From IMG/VR virus record IMGVR_UViG_3300025896_000079, positions 1-36,669 of that record: DNA of 36,669 nt. One strand, given 5' to 3'. The notes beneath the pieces were generated by a model that was given only the letters and a program-made list of their open reading frames with translations, was not told the origin of the DNA and did no database searches. Both the position numbers and the translations under genes were made by a program. Position 1 is the first letter of the stretch; every line of letters begins with the position of its first letter. This document shows, piece after piece, positions 9,775-19,434 of the stretch. This stretch comes from a virus. Taxonomy: Duplodnaviria; Caudoviricetes.

Positions 9775-10329
9775 GTGAGAGAACATACTGTCTATATGCT
9801 AAAAAAATATGGAGAAATAATCTACATTGGTTCTACGGTTAACTCTTTAGAGGCAAGATTGTCAGAACATAGAAGCACTAAGGGTTTAGATTCTTCGGTT
9901 ATTATAGAAAAAATATGTACAGTCCTAGGAAAAGATAAGGCTAAAGAGAAAGAATACACCTTGATAAACCTCATAGGAAGACACCGTCTTCTAAATGTAA
10001 ACTACGGAAGAATGGTTACCGGTAGAAGAGAAAATCTTTTCAGAAATAAAAAGAAAGTTGTATGGGACGCTGATGCAAGAAAAAAGCAGTCTGATAGGCT
10101 AAAGGGAATTAAGAAAAACCCAGAGGCTAAGAATATTTTCCTTAAGAAAATGGGCACTCCTGAGTTTGATATACATATGAACGATTTGTATTTGGGCAGA
10201 TTTGTAAATCAAACGGAAGCGGCAAAAGCTTGTGGGTTGAAAAAGTCTACCTTTGTAGATATTTTTAAAGGTAAACGAATAAATAATAAAGGAATAAGGG
10301 TGACGCAATGTGTTCAGCAAGAACCATAA
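9775..10329 (+). CDS. Free-standing GIY-YIG homing endonuclease
   Basis: VYML...IYIGST..LEARLSEH...E (GIY-YIG core), basic linker, and a NUMOD1-like C-terminal FVNQTEAAKACGL helix-turn-helix. Confidence 0.85.
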   Translation: MREHTVYMLKKYGEIIYIGSTVNSLEARLSEHRSTKGLDSSVIIEKICTVLGKDKAKEKEYTLINLIGRHRLLNVNYGRMVTGRRENLFRNKKKVVWDADARKKQSDRLKGIKKNPEAKNIFLKKMGTPEFDIHMNDLYLGRFVNQTEAAKACGLKKSTFVDIFKGKRINNKGIRVTQCVQQEP

Positions 10330-11765
10330 ATTTTGTAGATGGTGCCTCTTCAGCTTCAGCCCCAACGGGTGTAGACGGAATATCTCAATGGGTTACAGCC
10401 CAAGGATATTTAGTAGATGATGTAGTAATCAATGGAAGTAAAATATATAAATGTCTGATCGCCCATACAGCGGGAACCTTTGCAACGGATCTAGCGGCTG
10501 CAAAATGGACAGAGATATCTCAAGGGGCGGTTGATCATACAGCTCTTTCAAATATTGGAACAAACACTCACGCTCAAATTGATACTCATATTGGAAGCAC
10601 CTCTAATCCTCATTCAACTACTGCTACACAAGTGGGTTTGGGGAATTGTAACAATACTAGTGATGCAAATAAGCCCATAAGTAGTGCTACTCAAACGGCA
10701 CTTAATGCTCTTAATCCCATGACTACGGGGGGGGATATGATTTATGGAGGAGCAAGTGGAGCTCCTACTAGATTGGCTAACGGTTCTGCGGGTCAAGTGT
10801 TTACTAGCTCTGGAACAACTGCAGCACCTACTTGGTCTACTCCTTCCACTGCTAATTCCTTTAATGCTGTATCTAATCTATCGTTCGTGGCTTCAGTGGC
10901 TACCAATGCCTTAACAATAACAATCAAAGATTCAGCGGGAGCTACTCCTAGTGCCGCTACTACCGCTATTGGATTTAGATCATCTACTCTTACGAGTGGA
11001 GCCTATGTTGTCAGATCAATTACATCAGCTCTCTCAATAGTAGTTAGTTCTGGATCGACTTTGGGACATGCTAACAATGTGGCTAAGAATATTTGGCTTT
11101 ATGCAATCGACAATGCAGGAACTGTAGAGTTAGCTGTATCTAGTGCTCAATTTGACGATTCTCTTTTATACACTACTACCGCTGAAGGCGGAGCAGGTGC
11201 TGCGGATTCTGATTCAGTATTATATTCTACAACTGCTAGATCAAACGTAGCAATAAGATTGATTGGAAGATTATTATCTACTCAAACTACTGCAGGAACT
11301 TGGGCGGCTGTACCTACTGATGTAGCAATGTATTCCTCTAAAGGGCAACATGCTTATGCATATTATACAGGAACTCCTCCTACAGGGACTTTGAATGCTT
11401 CTCTTAACCCAATAACTTTTGGAACAAAGGTTTGGGATTCTCACGGGGCATATTCAGGAGGGACTTACACTATTCCTTTCAATGGGGTTTGGTCTTTTGA
11501 TTCTCAAGTATTCATAACAGGTTCCTACACTGTAGGTAAACTAGCAGAACTTGCATTATATTTAGACGGATCAATATTATTGGATCATATTTCTTATGCC
11601 TCTGGAACTCTATCAGCGGTGACAATGCCAAAGATCGGAGTAGAGGGTCTTTATCTAAGAGTTGGTCAAACAGTAGTAATGAGAACATCTAGTGATGCAA
11701 CAACTCCCGTCTATAGTTCTTCCACGGGCGTAAATTATTTCTCTGCCAAAGGAGTGGCTCTATAA
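10308..11765 (+). CDS. Tail fibre / receptor-binding protein
   Basis: N-terminal CBM5/12-like motif (WVTAQGYLVDDVVINGSKIYKCLIAHT...W), fibre repeats (SNPHSTTATQVGLGN...DANKPIS; TTGGDMIYG...TRLANG), and a C1q-like C-terminal domain (ITF...DSHGAY...YTIPFNGVW). Confidence 0.75.
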   Translation: MCSARTINFVDGASSASAPTGVDGISQWVTAQGYLVDDVVINGSKIYKCLIAHTAGTFATDLAAAKWTEISQGAVDHTALSNIGTNTHAQIDTHIGSTSNPHSTTATQVGLGNCNNTSDANKPISSATQTALNALNPMTTGGDMIYGGASGAPTRLANGSAGQVFTSSGTTAAPTWSTPSTANSFNAVSNLSFVASVATNALTITIKDSAGATPSAATTAIGFRSSTLTSGAYVVRSITSALSIVVSSGSTLGHANNVAKNIWLYAIDNAGTVELAVSSAQFDDSLLYTTTAEGGAGAADSDSVLYSTTARSNVAIRLIGRLLSTQTTAGTWAAVPTDVAMYSSKGQHAYAYYTGTPPTGTLNASLNPITFGTKVWDSHGAYSGGTYTIPFNGVWSFDSQVFITGSYTVGKLAELALYLDGSILLDHISYASGTLSAVTMPKIGVEGLYLRVGQTVVMRTSSDATTPVYSSSTGVNYFSAKGVAL

Positions 11766-12100
11766 TGAATATTAAAATAACATTAAAAGATTCTAATGGA
11801 ATTCCTCTTCAAATTGCTTTCTTTAAAGATGAAGAATCTAAAAACAATTGGCTCAATATGCTTCAAGAAACAAAAGCATGGGGGGATTTCGAAGATTTAA
11901 TTGTATTAATAGAAGATTACTCAGCCCAGGTTGAGCAGAATAATATTAATTTAGAAGCTAGAAAATATTTATTAGAAACTGATTATGTTATTACTAAAAT
12001 TTCAGAAGCAATTATTCTAGATAAAGATGTATCTGCTTTAAAGATTAAATACGCTGAAATACTTTCTAAAAGAGATACTGTTAGAGGAAAAATCATATGA
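11765..12100 (+). CDS. Putative tail fibre assembly protein
   Basis: Follows the fibre gene; EARKYLLETDYVITKISE...R motif typical of small fibre-associated proteins. Confidence 0.6.
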   Translation: MNIKITLKDSNGIPLQIAFFKDEESKNNWLNMLQETKAWGDFEDLIVLIEDYSAQVEQNNINLEARKYLLETDYVITKISEAIILDKDVSALKIKYAEILSKRDTVRGKII

Positions 12101-12789
12101 GCTTCCTAAGTAAATTAAAGAAAATATTTAATAAAGTAGAAACTAGCCCTCCAGAAATAGTGATAATTAATCCTGAGACAGGTAAGATAACATCTCCTAA
12201 AACTACAATCCCCTTAGGTGGTCATGGTATAGATGTTTCTCATCATAATACTGTTAATCTACCAATAGTGGCTTCAGAGCAATCTTTTATTTTTATTAAG
12301 GCTACCGAAGGACTTACTTTTGTAGATGATAAATTTCATTCAAGATGGCTAGGATTGAAATTATTAGGAGCTAAAAGAGGTGCTTATCATTTCTTTAGAG
12401 CCAATGTTGATGCCAAGAAACAAGCTCAATTCTTTTGTAATACTGTTGGTCCTTTAGATGAAAATGATCTAGGTCTTGTCTTAGACATGGAAACAATGGA
12501 TGGAATGTCTAAAGAGTGGGTTAAAAAAGAATGTAAAGTTTTCCTAGATGAGATTGAATCTATAAGCGGTAAAACTCCTATTATTTATTCCGGTCATTCT
12601 TTCTTAGTAGATCTAGGTCTAGATCAATCTTTTGAAAGATATCCTCTTTGGTTGGCTAGATATACGGATAAAATTCCTACCGCCCCTATTCCCTGGCATA
12701 AAGTAGGATGGACTTTTTGGCAATACTCGGAAACTAAGAAGATAAATGGTGTTGGCGTTTGTGATTGTAACTATTATAAAGGCGTTTAA
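12097..12789 (+). CDS. Endolysin, GH25 muramidase
   Basis: GIDVSHH, FIFIKATEG, GAYHF, LDME, PLWLARY and WTFWQYS motifs. Confidence 0.93.
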   Translation: MSFLSKLKKIFNKVETSPPEIVIINPETGKITSPKTTIPLGGHGIDVSHHNTVNLPIVASEQSFIFIKATEGLTFVDDKFHSRWLGLKLLGAKRGAYHFFRANVDAKKQAQFFCNTVGPLDENDLGLVLDMETMDGMSKEWVKKECKVFLDEIESISGKTPIIYSGHSFLVDLGLDQSFERYPLWLARYTDKIPTAPIPWHKVGWTFWQYSETKKINGVGVCDCNYYKGV

Positions 12790-15311
12790 TGAGCTACTAC
12801 ACTGAGTCTTTAAAAACTATTAGTGAAAAAATAACTCTAGTTACTCTGGAATCAGTAGAACGAGTAAAGCTTTTCACCCTTAATGGAACAGTCTACGAAA
12901 GAACGACTAACTATTTCGTCGTAGGAGTTAAAGATGCGGGTACAGTTTTAACGGAGAACACGCTTCCATTGTCCAATAATCAATGGAACTTTAATCCTCT
13001 AACTAAAAAACTTACGCTAAAAGTTACGGGCGATCCTAAAACTCATGACATCTCATTAACCTATAGACATTTCTTTTCAACCGCACCAGTAAATTTACCT
13101 TATAATTTAATAGCCGGAGAAGTAGTAGAATGGGAACCGTATCTATTATCGATTGGAAGTGTTGGGCAACAACTGGACGAAGAAAATACTGGAATAGTGT
13201 TAGAGTCTCAGTCGAGCATGGATTTTATAAACACGGATGGCTATTTCGATAATAAGTTTGATAAACTTATTTGGGAAAATCAAGCCGTAAATTTCTACTC
13301 GTGGATTCCCTCAATACCAATTTCTGAAAAGATTCATTTATTTGAAGGTGTGATTGAAACAAAATCATTCACTGAAACAAAGGTGTCTTTTAAAGTTAAA
13401 GACTTCGTTTATAAGCTTAAAAATAAGGTAGATCTAGGGATTTTTTCCTCTTTAGATGGAACACTACTGCCTACTTTACTAGGAACTCCTAAGCGCAGAA
13501 TATATGGAAAAGCTGACAGTGTTAAAGCTGTGAGCTTGGATGCTACTCTAGGAGGATATGCTCTTTCTGGAACCATTTCCATAACAAGCGGATCTAATTC
13601 CGCCACTGGTTCGGGTACGTATTTTCTAAAAGAAGTTTCACCTGGTGATGAGATATCAGTGGTCATAAGCGGAGAAACAAAAAAGATAGCTATTGAATCT
13701 GTGCAAAGTAATACAGCTCTCACTATAGGTAAAGTATTAGATTACTCCATATCTTCATTGTCATGTACGAATAATCCTAAAGTCCCTTATAGATATAGAA
13801 ATAGAACCTGGAATATTTCTGGACATAAACTTAGAGCGCCCTCTACCTCTATTACCAATGTTCTTTCTGCCAATGTTTTCTCAGTAACTAGTCCCTTAGA
13901 TATTTTTGAAGGCGATAGAGTTTTAATTAATAATATCCCAGCCACGGTTAGAAGGATTAGTACTAATAACATAGTAACAGAAAGTATAGTAACCCCAGTT
14001 CCGTCCGTGTCTGATACAATAAGTAAAAGCCCTATAAGCAATGTATATTTTGGAAGTGTAAAGTTAGAACCTATAAGAGATTATACTATTGTAAATACTA
14101 CCAAATGCGATATCATACTAGACCCTCTAGCGGAATTTAACATTGTAGAGCAAAGAGGACTTAATACTTCTTTATCATTTATCAATGGAAGCAGATCAAT
14201 ATCCACTAGCTCTGCGCTAGACTTAAGAACTGTTTTAAACTCTAGAGATTGGATAAGATCCTCTGAGATATCTGAACCGGATTGGTACGAAATTTTAGAA
14301 GTTTCAGAACAATCAATCTTGCTAAGAACTGTATTCACGGGGGCAACGGCTTCAAAAAGTTCTTATTATAAAAATGTAGAATACATAAAAGAAGAATCTT
14401 TGTTAACGGCTGATTGTATGGGAATGGAGTCTAGTGGGGCATGGATAAAAACAGCTTCAGATGCAGTAAGAAATCTAGTTTTAAACGATGCTGGATTTAC
14501 TTCAGTTAATGAGACAAGTTTCACTAAAGCGAATGCTGACTGTGCTTATGTATTGTCTATAGTTCTACCAGAATCTTTAGGTTCTGAATTGCCGGTGATT
14601 AGAGATGTTATTACAAATATAAATAATTCGGTATTTGGATCTCTTTATGGTGATTCAGCTCAAGCCATTTCTTATTCTATATTTAACTCGACTAAGCCCG
14701 AGTCCTTAACCGTCATACAAGATGACGACATCCTGAGCTTCTCAGTATCGACTAATCAAAAAATAGCTAACGAAGTAAAAATAAACTATAGACCTTATGT
14801 CGATATATACTCAGGGGAAGATTCTTTCTATACTCTATCTATTACTTCTTCTTTCGTTAATAACACAACAGGAATCAAGGACACTGAAGAAAGGACTTGT
14901 TACCTATACAATGAAAAAGAAGCTACTATATATGCCCAAAGGCTAGCCTTCTTTAAATCTTTGTCTAGTTCAGTTTTAACTCTAAAGACTAAGAATAGTT
15001 TCTTTCAAAATACCGTAAACGATAAAATATATTTATCTTTGGATAGATTATTTAATAGGTACGCCGGAGGAGAGACTAAAAGAATTGGTGTAATTTCGGG
15101 GATAAAAAAGGATGGATTAGGTTGTGAAATTACCGTGAGTGATCTAGGCAATATTTATAATAGAGTAATGTCCATTGCCCCAAATACGACTCTAGACTAT
15201 TTGAATTCTAGCAGCGATGATATTATGAGATGGGGATATATTGTAGACAACGATACCGAGACACCGGACGTAACAAGTGAAACGGGACTAGGTTCCAATC
15301 TAATAGGATAA
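12789..15311 (+). CDS. Large tail tip / baseplate hub protein
   Basis: 840 aa in the tail operon, with repeated small beta modules (e.g. GTISITSGSNSATGSGTYFLKEVSPGDEI). Confidence 0.6.
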   Translation: MSYYTESLKTISEKITLVTLESVERVKLFTLNGTVYERTTNYFVVGVKDAGTVLTENTLPLSNNQWNFNPLTKKLTLKVTGDPKTHDISLTYRHFFSTAPVNLPYNLIAGEVVEWEPYLLSIGSVGQQLDEENTGIVLESQSSMDFINTDGYFDNKFDKLIWENQAVNFYSWIPSIPISEKIHLFEGVIETKSFTETKVSFKVKDFVYKLKNKVDLGIFSSLDGTLLPTLLGTPKRRIYGKADSVKAVSLDATLGGYALSGTISITSGSNSATGSGTYFLKEVSPGDEISVVISGETKKIAIESVQSNTALTIGKVLDYSISSLSCTNNPKVPYRYRNRTWNISGHKLRAPSTSITNVLSANVFSVTSPLDIFEGDRVLINNIPATVRRISTNNIVTESIVTPVPSVSDTISKSPISNVYFGSVKLEPIRDYTIVNTTKCDIILDPLAEFNIVEQRGLNTSLSFINGSRSISTSSALDLRTVLNSRDWIRSSEISEPDWYEILEVSEQSILLRTVFTGATASKSSYYKNVEYIKEESLLTADCMGMESSGAWIKTASDAVRNLVLNDAGFTSVNETSFTKANADCAYVLSIVLPESLGSELPVIRDVITNINNSVFGSLYGDSAQAISYSIFNSTKPESLTVIQDDDILSFSVSTNQKIANEVKINYRPYVDIYSGEDSFYTLSITSSFVNNTTGIKDTEERTCYLYNEKEATIYAQRLAFFKSLSSSVLTLKTKNSFFQNTVNDKIYLSLDRLFNRYAGGETKRIGVISGIKKDGLGCEITVSDLGNIYNRVMSIAPNTTLDYLNSSSDDIMRWGYIVDNDTETPDVTSETGLGSNLIG

Positions 15312-15313
15312 TC

Positions 15314-15829
15314 ATGAGCTTTGTAACAATAAATTCAGCCAGTATTGAAGTAGGTGACGCTCTAAAAGCCGAACTATTTACACAAGTAAAAGACAACTTT
15401 GATAATCATGAGACAAGAATAAATAGTTTAGAATCAACTGCTAAAAAAATAGATATATTTAAATTTTTACTTTTAAATGGTTCTTCTTTTTCTACCGCTA
15501 CGGGTTTGGCTTATTATCGCTCTGAGGATACTTTCACCGTTACTAAATCAGCTATTCAAATATTTGAAAAGGGTAGTTTATCAGGATTCCTGGAAATAGA
15601 TATTAAGAAGAGCACTACCAATATGGACAACGCCTCTTTTACTTCAATTTTTACCACTAAGCCTAAGATAACGTATTCGACTGCTTCAGACTATGATGAG
15701 TCAAGCAATCAAGTTCTTAATAGCTCTATGATAAATATCTCCTCAGGGGATTACTTAAGACTTGATATTACTATTGCTCCTACTGGTGGAGTTATTCCTA
15801 AATTATTTATTACAACATACGGAGAATAG
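15314..15829 (+). CDS. Minor tail/tip protein
   Basis: 171 aa; N-terminal GDALKAELFTQVKDNFDNHETRI resembles a trimeric fibre anchor. Confidence 0.5.
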   Translation: MSFVTINSASIEVGDALKAELFTQVKDNFDNHETRINSLESTAKKIDIFKFLLLNGSSFSTATGLAYYRSEDTFTVTKSAIQIFEKGSLSGFLEIDIKKSTTNMDNASFTSIFTTKPKITYSTASDYDESSNQVLNSSMINISSGDYLRLDITIAPTGGVIPKLFITTYGE

Positions 15830-15832
15830 AAA

Positions 15833-16306
15833 ATGAGTGCTCCTTTTATAATTCCTTTTAATATGCAGCCAGTATCCCATCAGACAGGTACAGGAACTTA
15901 TACGTGTCCCGCTGGAAAATATGCCAAGGTTACGGTTTTTATAAGAGGTACGGCAACAGGGGTAATAGGAAACGGAGGAGCTGTAGATTATTTAGATATG
16001 CCTATTATAACATCAGATTCTTTTAATAGTGTTTTTGATGTGTGGGTAAAAAGTGGAGACACGATTGCGGCTACACTTACTAACCCAAGCACTGTAGGTA
16101 ACACCGGAGCAGTTTTAATTGGTCAACATGAGTATATAACTGCTCAAGTTAATGCCTCAGTAGCTCACAACGGGACAACTATCGGTACATTTGCAGCTAA
16201 AGCCTCATGTGGGTGTAAATATAAAACAATAGCAAGTAATATTCTAAGTATATCTGGGACTAGCGGATTTAATTATTTTGCCCAAGAATTTAATATTATC
16301 TCATAG
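15833..16306 (+). CDS. Minor virion protein (hypothetical)
   Basis: 157 aa, beta-rich, TYTCPAGKYAKV motif, GGAG RBS. Confidence 0.5.
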   Translation: MSAPFIIPFNMQPVSHQTGTGTYTCPAGKYAKVTVFIRGTATGVIGNGGAVDYLDMPIITSDSFNSVFDVWVKSGDTIAATLTNPSTVGNTGAVLIGQHEYITAQVNASVAHNGTTIGTFAAKASCGCKYKTIASNILSISGTSGFNYFAQEFNIIS

Positions 16307-16315
16307 GATTAATTA

Positions 16316-16525
16316 ATGAAACTAACACCAATGAGGCTAGGAGCAGAAGCTATATTAACAGTCATTATAGCCCCTTTCTTGATTTGGATAGTTACTTCGA
16401 TCTTTACTCTTCAGGCTAGTGTAGGAATTGATCAATTACAATTGAATCAAATAAAACAATTATTAGAAAAACAAGATACGAAACTAGATAAGATCACAAC
16501 GATCTTAATTGAAAAGAAGCAATAG
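16316..16525 (+). CDS. Single-TM plus coiled-coil protein (holin/antiholin-like)
   Basis: Hydrophobic AILTVIIAPFLIWIVTSIFTL followed by a coiled coil; start of the lysis cluster. Confidence 0.5.
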   Translation: MKLTPMRLGAEAILTVIIAPFLIWIVTSIFTLQASVGIDQLQLNQIKQLLEKQDTKLDKITTILIEKKQ

Positions 16526-16534
16526 GAGTATTAA

Positions 16535-16678
16535 ATGGAATTAGTATTAGCCAATAAAGCAGTATTCTTCGGATTATTTTTCGCTCTATCAGAAGTTCTC
16601 TCACTTATCCCAAGTATTAAATCAAATGGTGTATTTGAATTAGTTGTTAACTTAGTTAAAAAACTAGCTGGTAAATAA
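16535..16678 (+). CDS. Small membrane protein, putative holin (47 aa, not in ORF track)
   Basis: MELVLANKAVFFGLFFALSEVLSLIPSIKSNGVFELVVNLVKKLAGK*; AGGAG RBS. Confidence 0.65.
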   Translation: MELVLANKAVFFGLFFALSEVLSLIPSIKSNGVFELVVNLVKKLAGK

Positions 16679-16682
16679 TCAT

Positions 16683-16907
16683 ATGACGGAACTACTTTTT
16701 GGTATTTTATTGCAAGGATTGAAGCTATGGAATGCCAAAGAAAGTTCCAAGTATATCGATGAACTTTATGAATTACGAAAAGACTGGATGGAAGAATATG
16801 ATAAACCTCGCAATCAAAGGTCTAATGCTAAGTTGGACGATATTGAGTCTAGGTTGCACCTCCTTGGACGCATCTTCATTGATTCCACTGGAAAAGAGAA
16901 AGTATGA
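16683..16907 (+). CDS. Putative inner-membrane spanin (Rz-like)
   Basis: Short N-terminal hydrophobic segment followed by a helical body; overlapped by a lipoprotein gene. Confidence 0.45.
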   Translation: MTELLFGILLQGLKLWNAKESSKYIDELYELRKDWMEEYDKPRNQRSNAKLDDIESRLHLLGRIFIDSTGKEKV

Positions 16908-17091
16908 TATATGCCAAGACCTTTCTGGATTTTGCTGGAACTATTATGCATGCTCTAAAAGATTCTTAGGCATTTGTATTCGACAAGATTTATATACTGA
17001 TAAAATAGAATTTAGCTTTAAAGATCAAGCTGAGGTCAAGAAACTATTTGACATGAATTTTATACTTCAAGTTCGGGAAAAACCTCTATAA
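16798..17091 (+). CDS. Lipoprotein, putative outer-membrane spanin (Rz1-like)
   Basis: From ATG 16798: MINLAIKGLMLSWTILSLG-C signal peptide with lipobox; starts inside the previous gene in the +1 frame. Confidence 0.6.
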   Translation: MINLAIKGLMLSWTILSLGCTSLDASSLIPLEKRKYDICQDLSGFCWNYYACSKRFLGICIRQDLYTDKIEFSFKDQAEVKKLFDMNFILQVREKPL

Positions 17092-17129
17092 TATATAGAT
17101 AAGAATAAATCACAATAGCAAGGAAGCCA

Positions 17130-17831
17130 TTGGATAATTCATTTGTCTTGGTAATTCCTGATTTACACTTCCCATACGCTCATATCGATAGTCTAGATTT
17201 CTTATCCGCAATCCAAAAACAATACAAAATAACTAGAGTAATATGCCTAGGGGACGAACTCGATTATCATTCAATGAGTTTTCATGATTCCGATCCTGAC
17301 TTAGATAGCTCTGGAGTCGAACTTGTACGCGGACTAGGGTACATTGAAACACTATTTAAAATGTTCCCCGTAATGGATCTCCTCGATTCCAATCATGGAT
17401 CAATGGCGTATAGAAAAGCTAAACACCATGGAATGCCAAGACATCTTTTAAAATCATACAATGAAGTTCTTTGCGTAGATGAAGGTTGGAAATGGCACTC
17501 GTCTTTAATTATAGAATTGCCTGGAGGGAATAAATGCAAATTTGTCCACGGAGTTTCTTCCAATATACTTGCAGCATCTCAAGCGATAGGTATGTCGTTA
17601 GTTCAAGGACATCATCACAGTCTCTTCGAACTAAGATATTGGGAAAGTGGTCACGGGTTAAATTTCGCTATTACTTCGGGATGCCTGATAGACGATAAGA
17701 GTTTAGCTTTCGCTTATAATAAACTTCAATACAAGCGCCCCATCATGGGAGTTACCTTAATTTATAATGGTATCCCTTGCTTATTGCCTATGAGCTTAGA
17801 TGAAGATGGAAGATGGGATAAAAAAATATGA
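17130..17831 (+). CDS. Calcineurin-like metallophosphoesterase
   Basis: DLH, GDELD, SNH, HG and GHHH metal-binding motifs. Confidence 0.88.
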   Translation: MDNSFVLVIPDLHFPYAHIDSLDFLSAIQKQYKITRVICLGDELDYHSMSFHDSDPDLDSSGVELVRGLGYIETLFKMFPVMDLLDSNHGSMAYRKAKHHGMPRHLLKSYNEVLCVDEGWKWHSSLIIELPGGNKCKFVHGVSSNILAASQAIGMSLVQGHHHSLFELRYWESGHGLNFAITSGCLIDDKSLAFAYNKLQYKRPIMGVTLIYNGIPCLLPMSLDEDGRWDKKI

Positions 17832-18109
17832 AATTTAAAATAAAAAGTTCTTATAGAATAATGGGTAAAAGAATTAAAGTTAAATTGGTGGACACTAACG
17901 ACTACGCAGGATTGTGGGATTCGGAAAAGTTAACCATCTATTTATCCTCTAATCAAACCGATCTTCAATTAGAGGAAACTTTCTGGCATGAACTTAATCA
18001 TTGTATGCAATATATGTCTGGAGTTACTCAAGCCGTGTCTAGGGATCTTATGGAGATCATGGCTGAGATGAACTCCAGAATAATAGTATCTGTGATCAGA
18101 GAGTCTTAA
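17828..18109 (+). CDS. Small zinc metallopeptidase-like protein
   Basis: TFWHELNH (HExxH) with a downstream E; ATGA overlap with the phosphoesterase gene. Confidence 0.7.
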   Translation: MKFKIKSSYRIMGKRIKVKLVDTNDYAGLWDSEKLTIYLSSNQTDLQLEETFWHELNHCMQYMSGVTQAVSRDLMEIMAEMNSRIIVSVIRES

Positions 18110-18856
18110 TTAATATTAAGAAGCCACTCTACTAAGTACTCAGCTCCGATCTTAACAACCAATAGAGCGAAGCTTAGATATATCATCTTAGCCACGTTAG
18201 ACTCTAAGAACTTCTTAACTCTATTCTTTTTAAAGTGTGGATAGTCGTTAAGTTCAATCAAATAATTATTCAACAGATTCATTTTCGTCACTCTCCTTTA
18301 AGTGTATCTCTAAGTTTCCTTCCTTCCATTCAAACTTGTCAACTTCAAGTCCTTCACTGGCAACATTGCGTCTGCACCATGATTTGATTATTGACATCGC
18401 AGTCTCTGAGTCTAGTGTAATTTTCATCTTCTCTCCTCTATATATTCATTAACCTTCAACCAAACAGTCTCATACATTTCAGAGTCTTTTTCATCACAGT
18501 GCTTGATTTTATTTCTAAACACATTCCACCCGCTATTTGAGCGTTCTTTCTGGCATTAGTAATTATTTTTAAATCTTCTTCGTCTTATTTGATATTTCAT
18601 TACAATAAACTCTTCACAAGTAAAGCCATAGCGAATGTTCCGTTAATTAATATTTGAGCTATAAGTTGTATCACCACGTATTCCTTCATTCTCTTATCCT
18701 TTGTATTTTCCAAGGTTTAAAATCATAAACTGCAATTGGCATAAACCAAGGCTTGTTTTCATACCAATATTTATTAATACTCCATGACCACTCATTGTTA
18801 AAAGTTACCTGCCAATGCCAATACCAAATTCTAATATTTATTGCTGTATCACTCAC
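18106..18856 (-). other. Run of small leftward ORFs (18106-18291, 18266-18427, 18600-18689, Trp-rich 18686-18856)
   Basis: Head-to-tail ORFs with overlapping start/stop codons and purine-rich RBSs; no recognisable domains. Confidence 0.6.
18424..18600 (-). pseudogene. Small ORF interrupted by an in-frame TAA
   Basis: MKYQIRRRRFKNNY*CQKERSNSGW...YIEERR*; coupled to neighbours at both ends, with one internal stop at 18556-18558. Confidence 0.4.
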
Positions 18857-19419
18857 TCCCTCATCCTTTGTGTTGCCCTTGCGAGTTTGCCACCACAGTA
18901 TTGTGCATATCTATCAATGTTCTCTAAATCTTCCGCCAGCATTTCTCTTGCTACATCACTAGTAGATGAACGCATCCAGTGATATTTCTCTGCGTACCAA
19001 TCAGTACAAGCCATTTCACGCTTCAAACATTCTAATAACTCATCATGCTTATCCTGCACTTTTGTTATTTCTATCCCTGCGTGAATCATGGCTTTCTCAT
19101 GCTGTTCTTGTCGCTTCATTAACTGCTCTTTTAGCGAGGCGATTTCTTTTTCGAGTGCATCTATTATGTCTTGTGCTATTCTCATATTCGAACCCTCCTT
19201 ACTTAACTCCTCAATTAATGCATCTGCCATAGCTACTGCCTTTCTCGGTAACTCATTAAGCATATCCACAAGGGTGTTGTGCCGTCCTGGAATTGCCTGG
19301 ACACATAATCCTTGCATTGCCATAGCTGCGAAATGCTCGCGTTTGGTTAACCCATATTGAGTAAACCCATCTACAGTTGCCATTGCAAATGCGCCATCGT
19401 TGCCATTGCGTCTGTCCAT
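18853..19419 (-). CDS. Hypothetical phage protein; apparent in-frame fusion of two genes
   Basis: N part has GLTKREHFAAMAMQG...AVAMADALIEEL (common small phage family); internal TAAGGAGG plus ATG at 19185 begins a coiled-coil part. Confidence 0.7.
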   Translation of the reverse strand: MDRRNGNDGAFAMATVDGFTQYGLTKREHFAAMAMQGLCVQAIPGRHNTLVDMLNELPRKAVAMADALIEELSKEGSNMRIAQDIIDALEKEIASLKEQLMKRQEQHEKAMIHAGIEITKVQDKHDELLECLKREMACTDWYAEKYHWMRSSTSDVAREMLAEDLENIDRYAQYCGGKLARATQRMRE

Positions 19420-19434
19420 TCTACTTCCCCCTTA

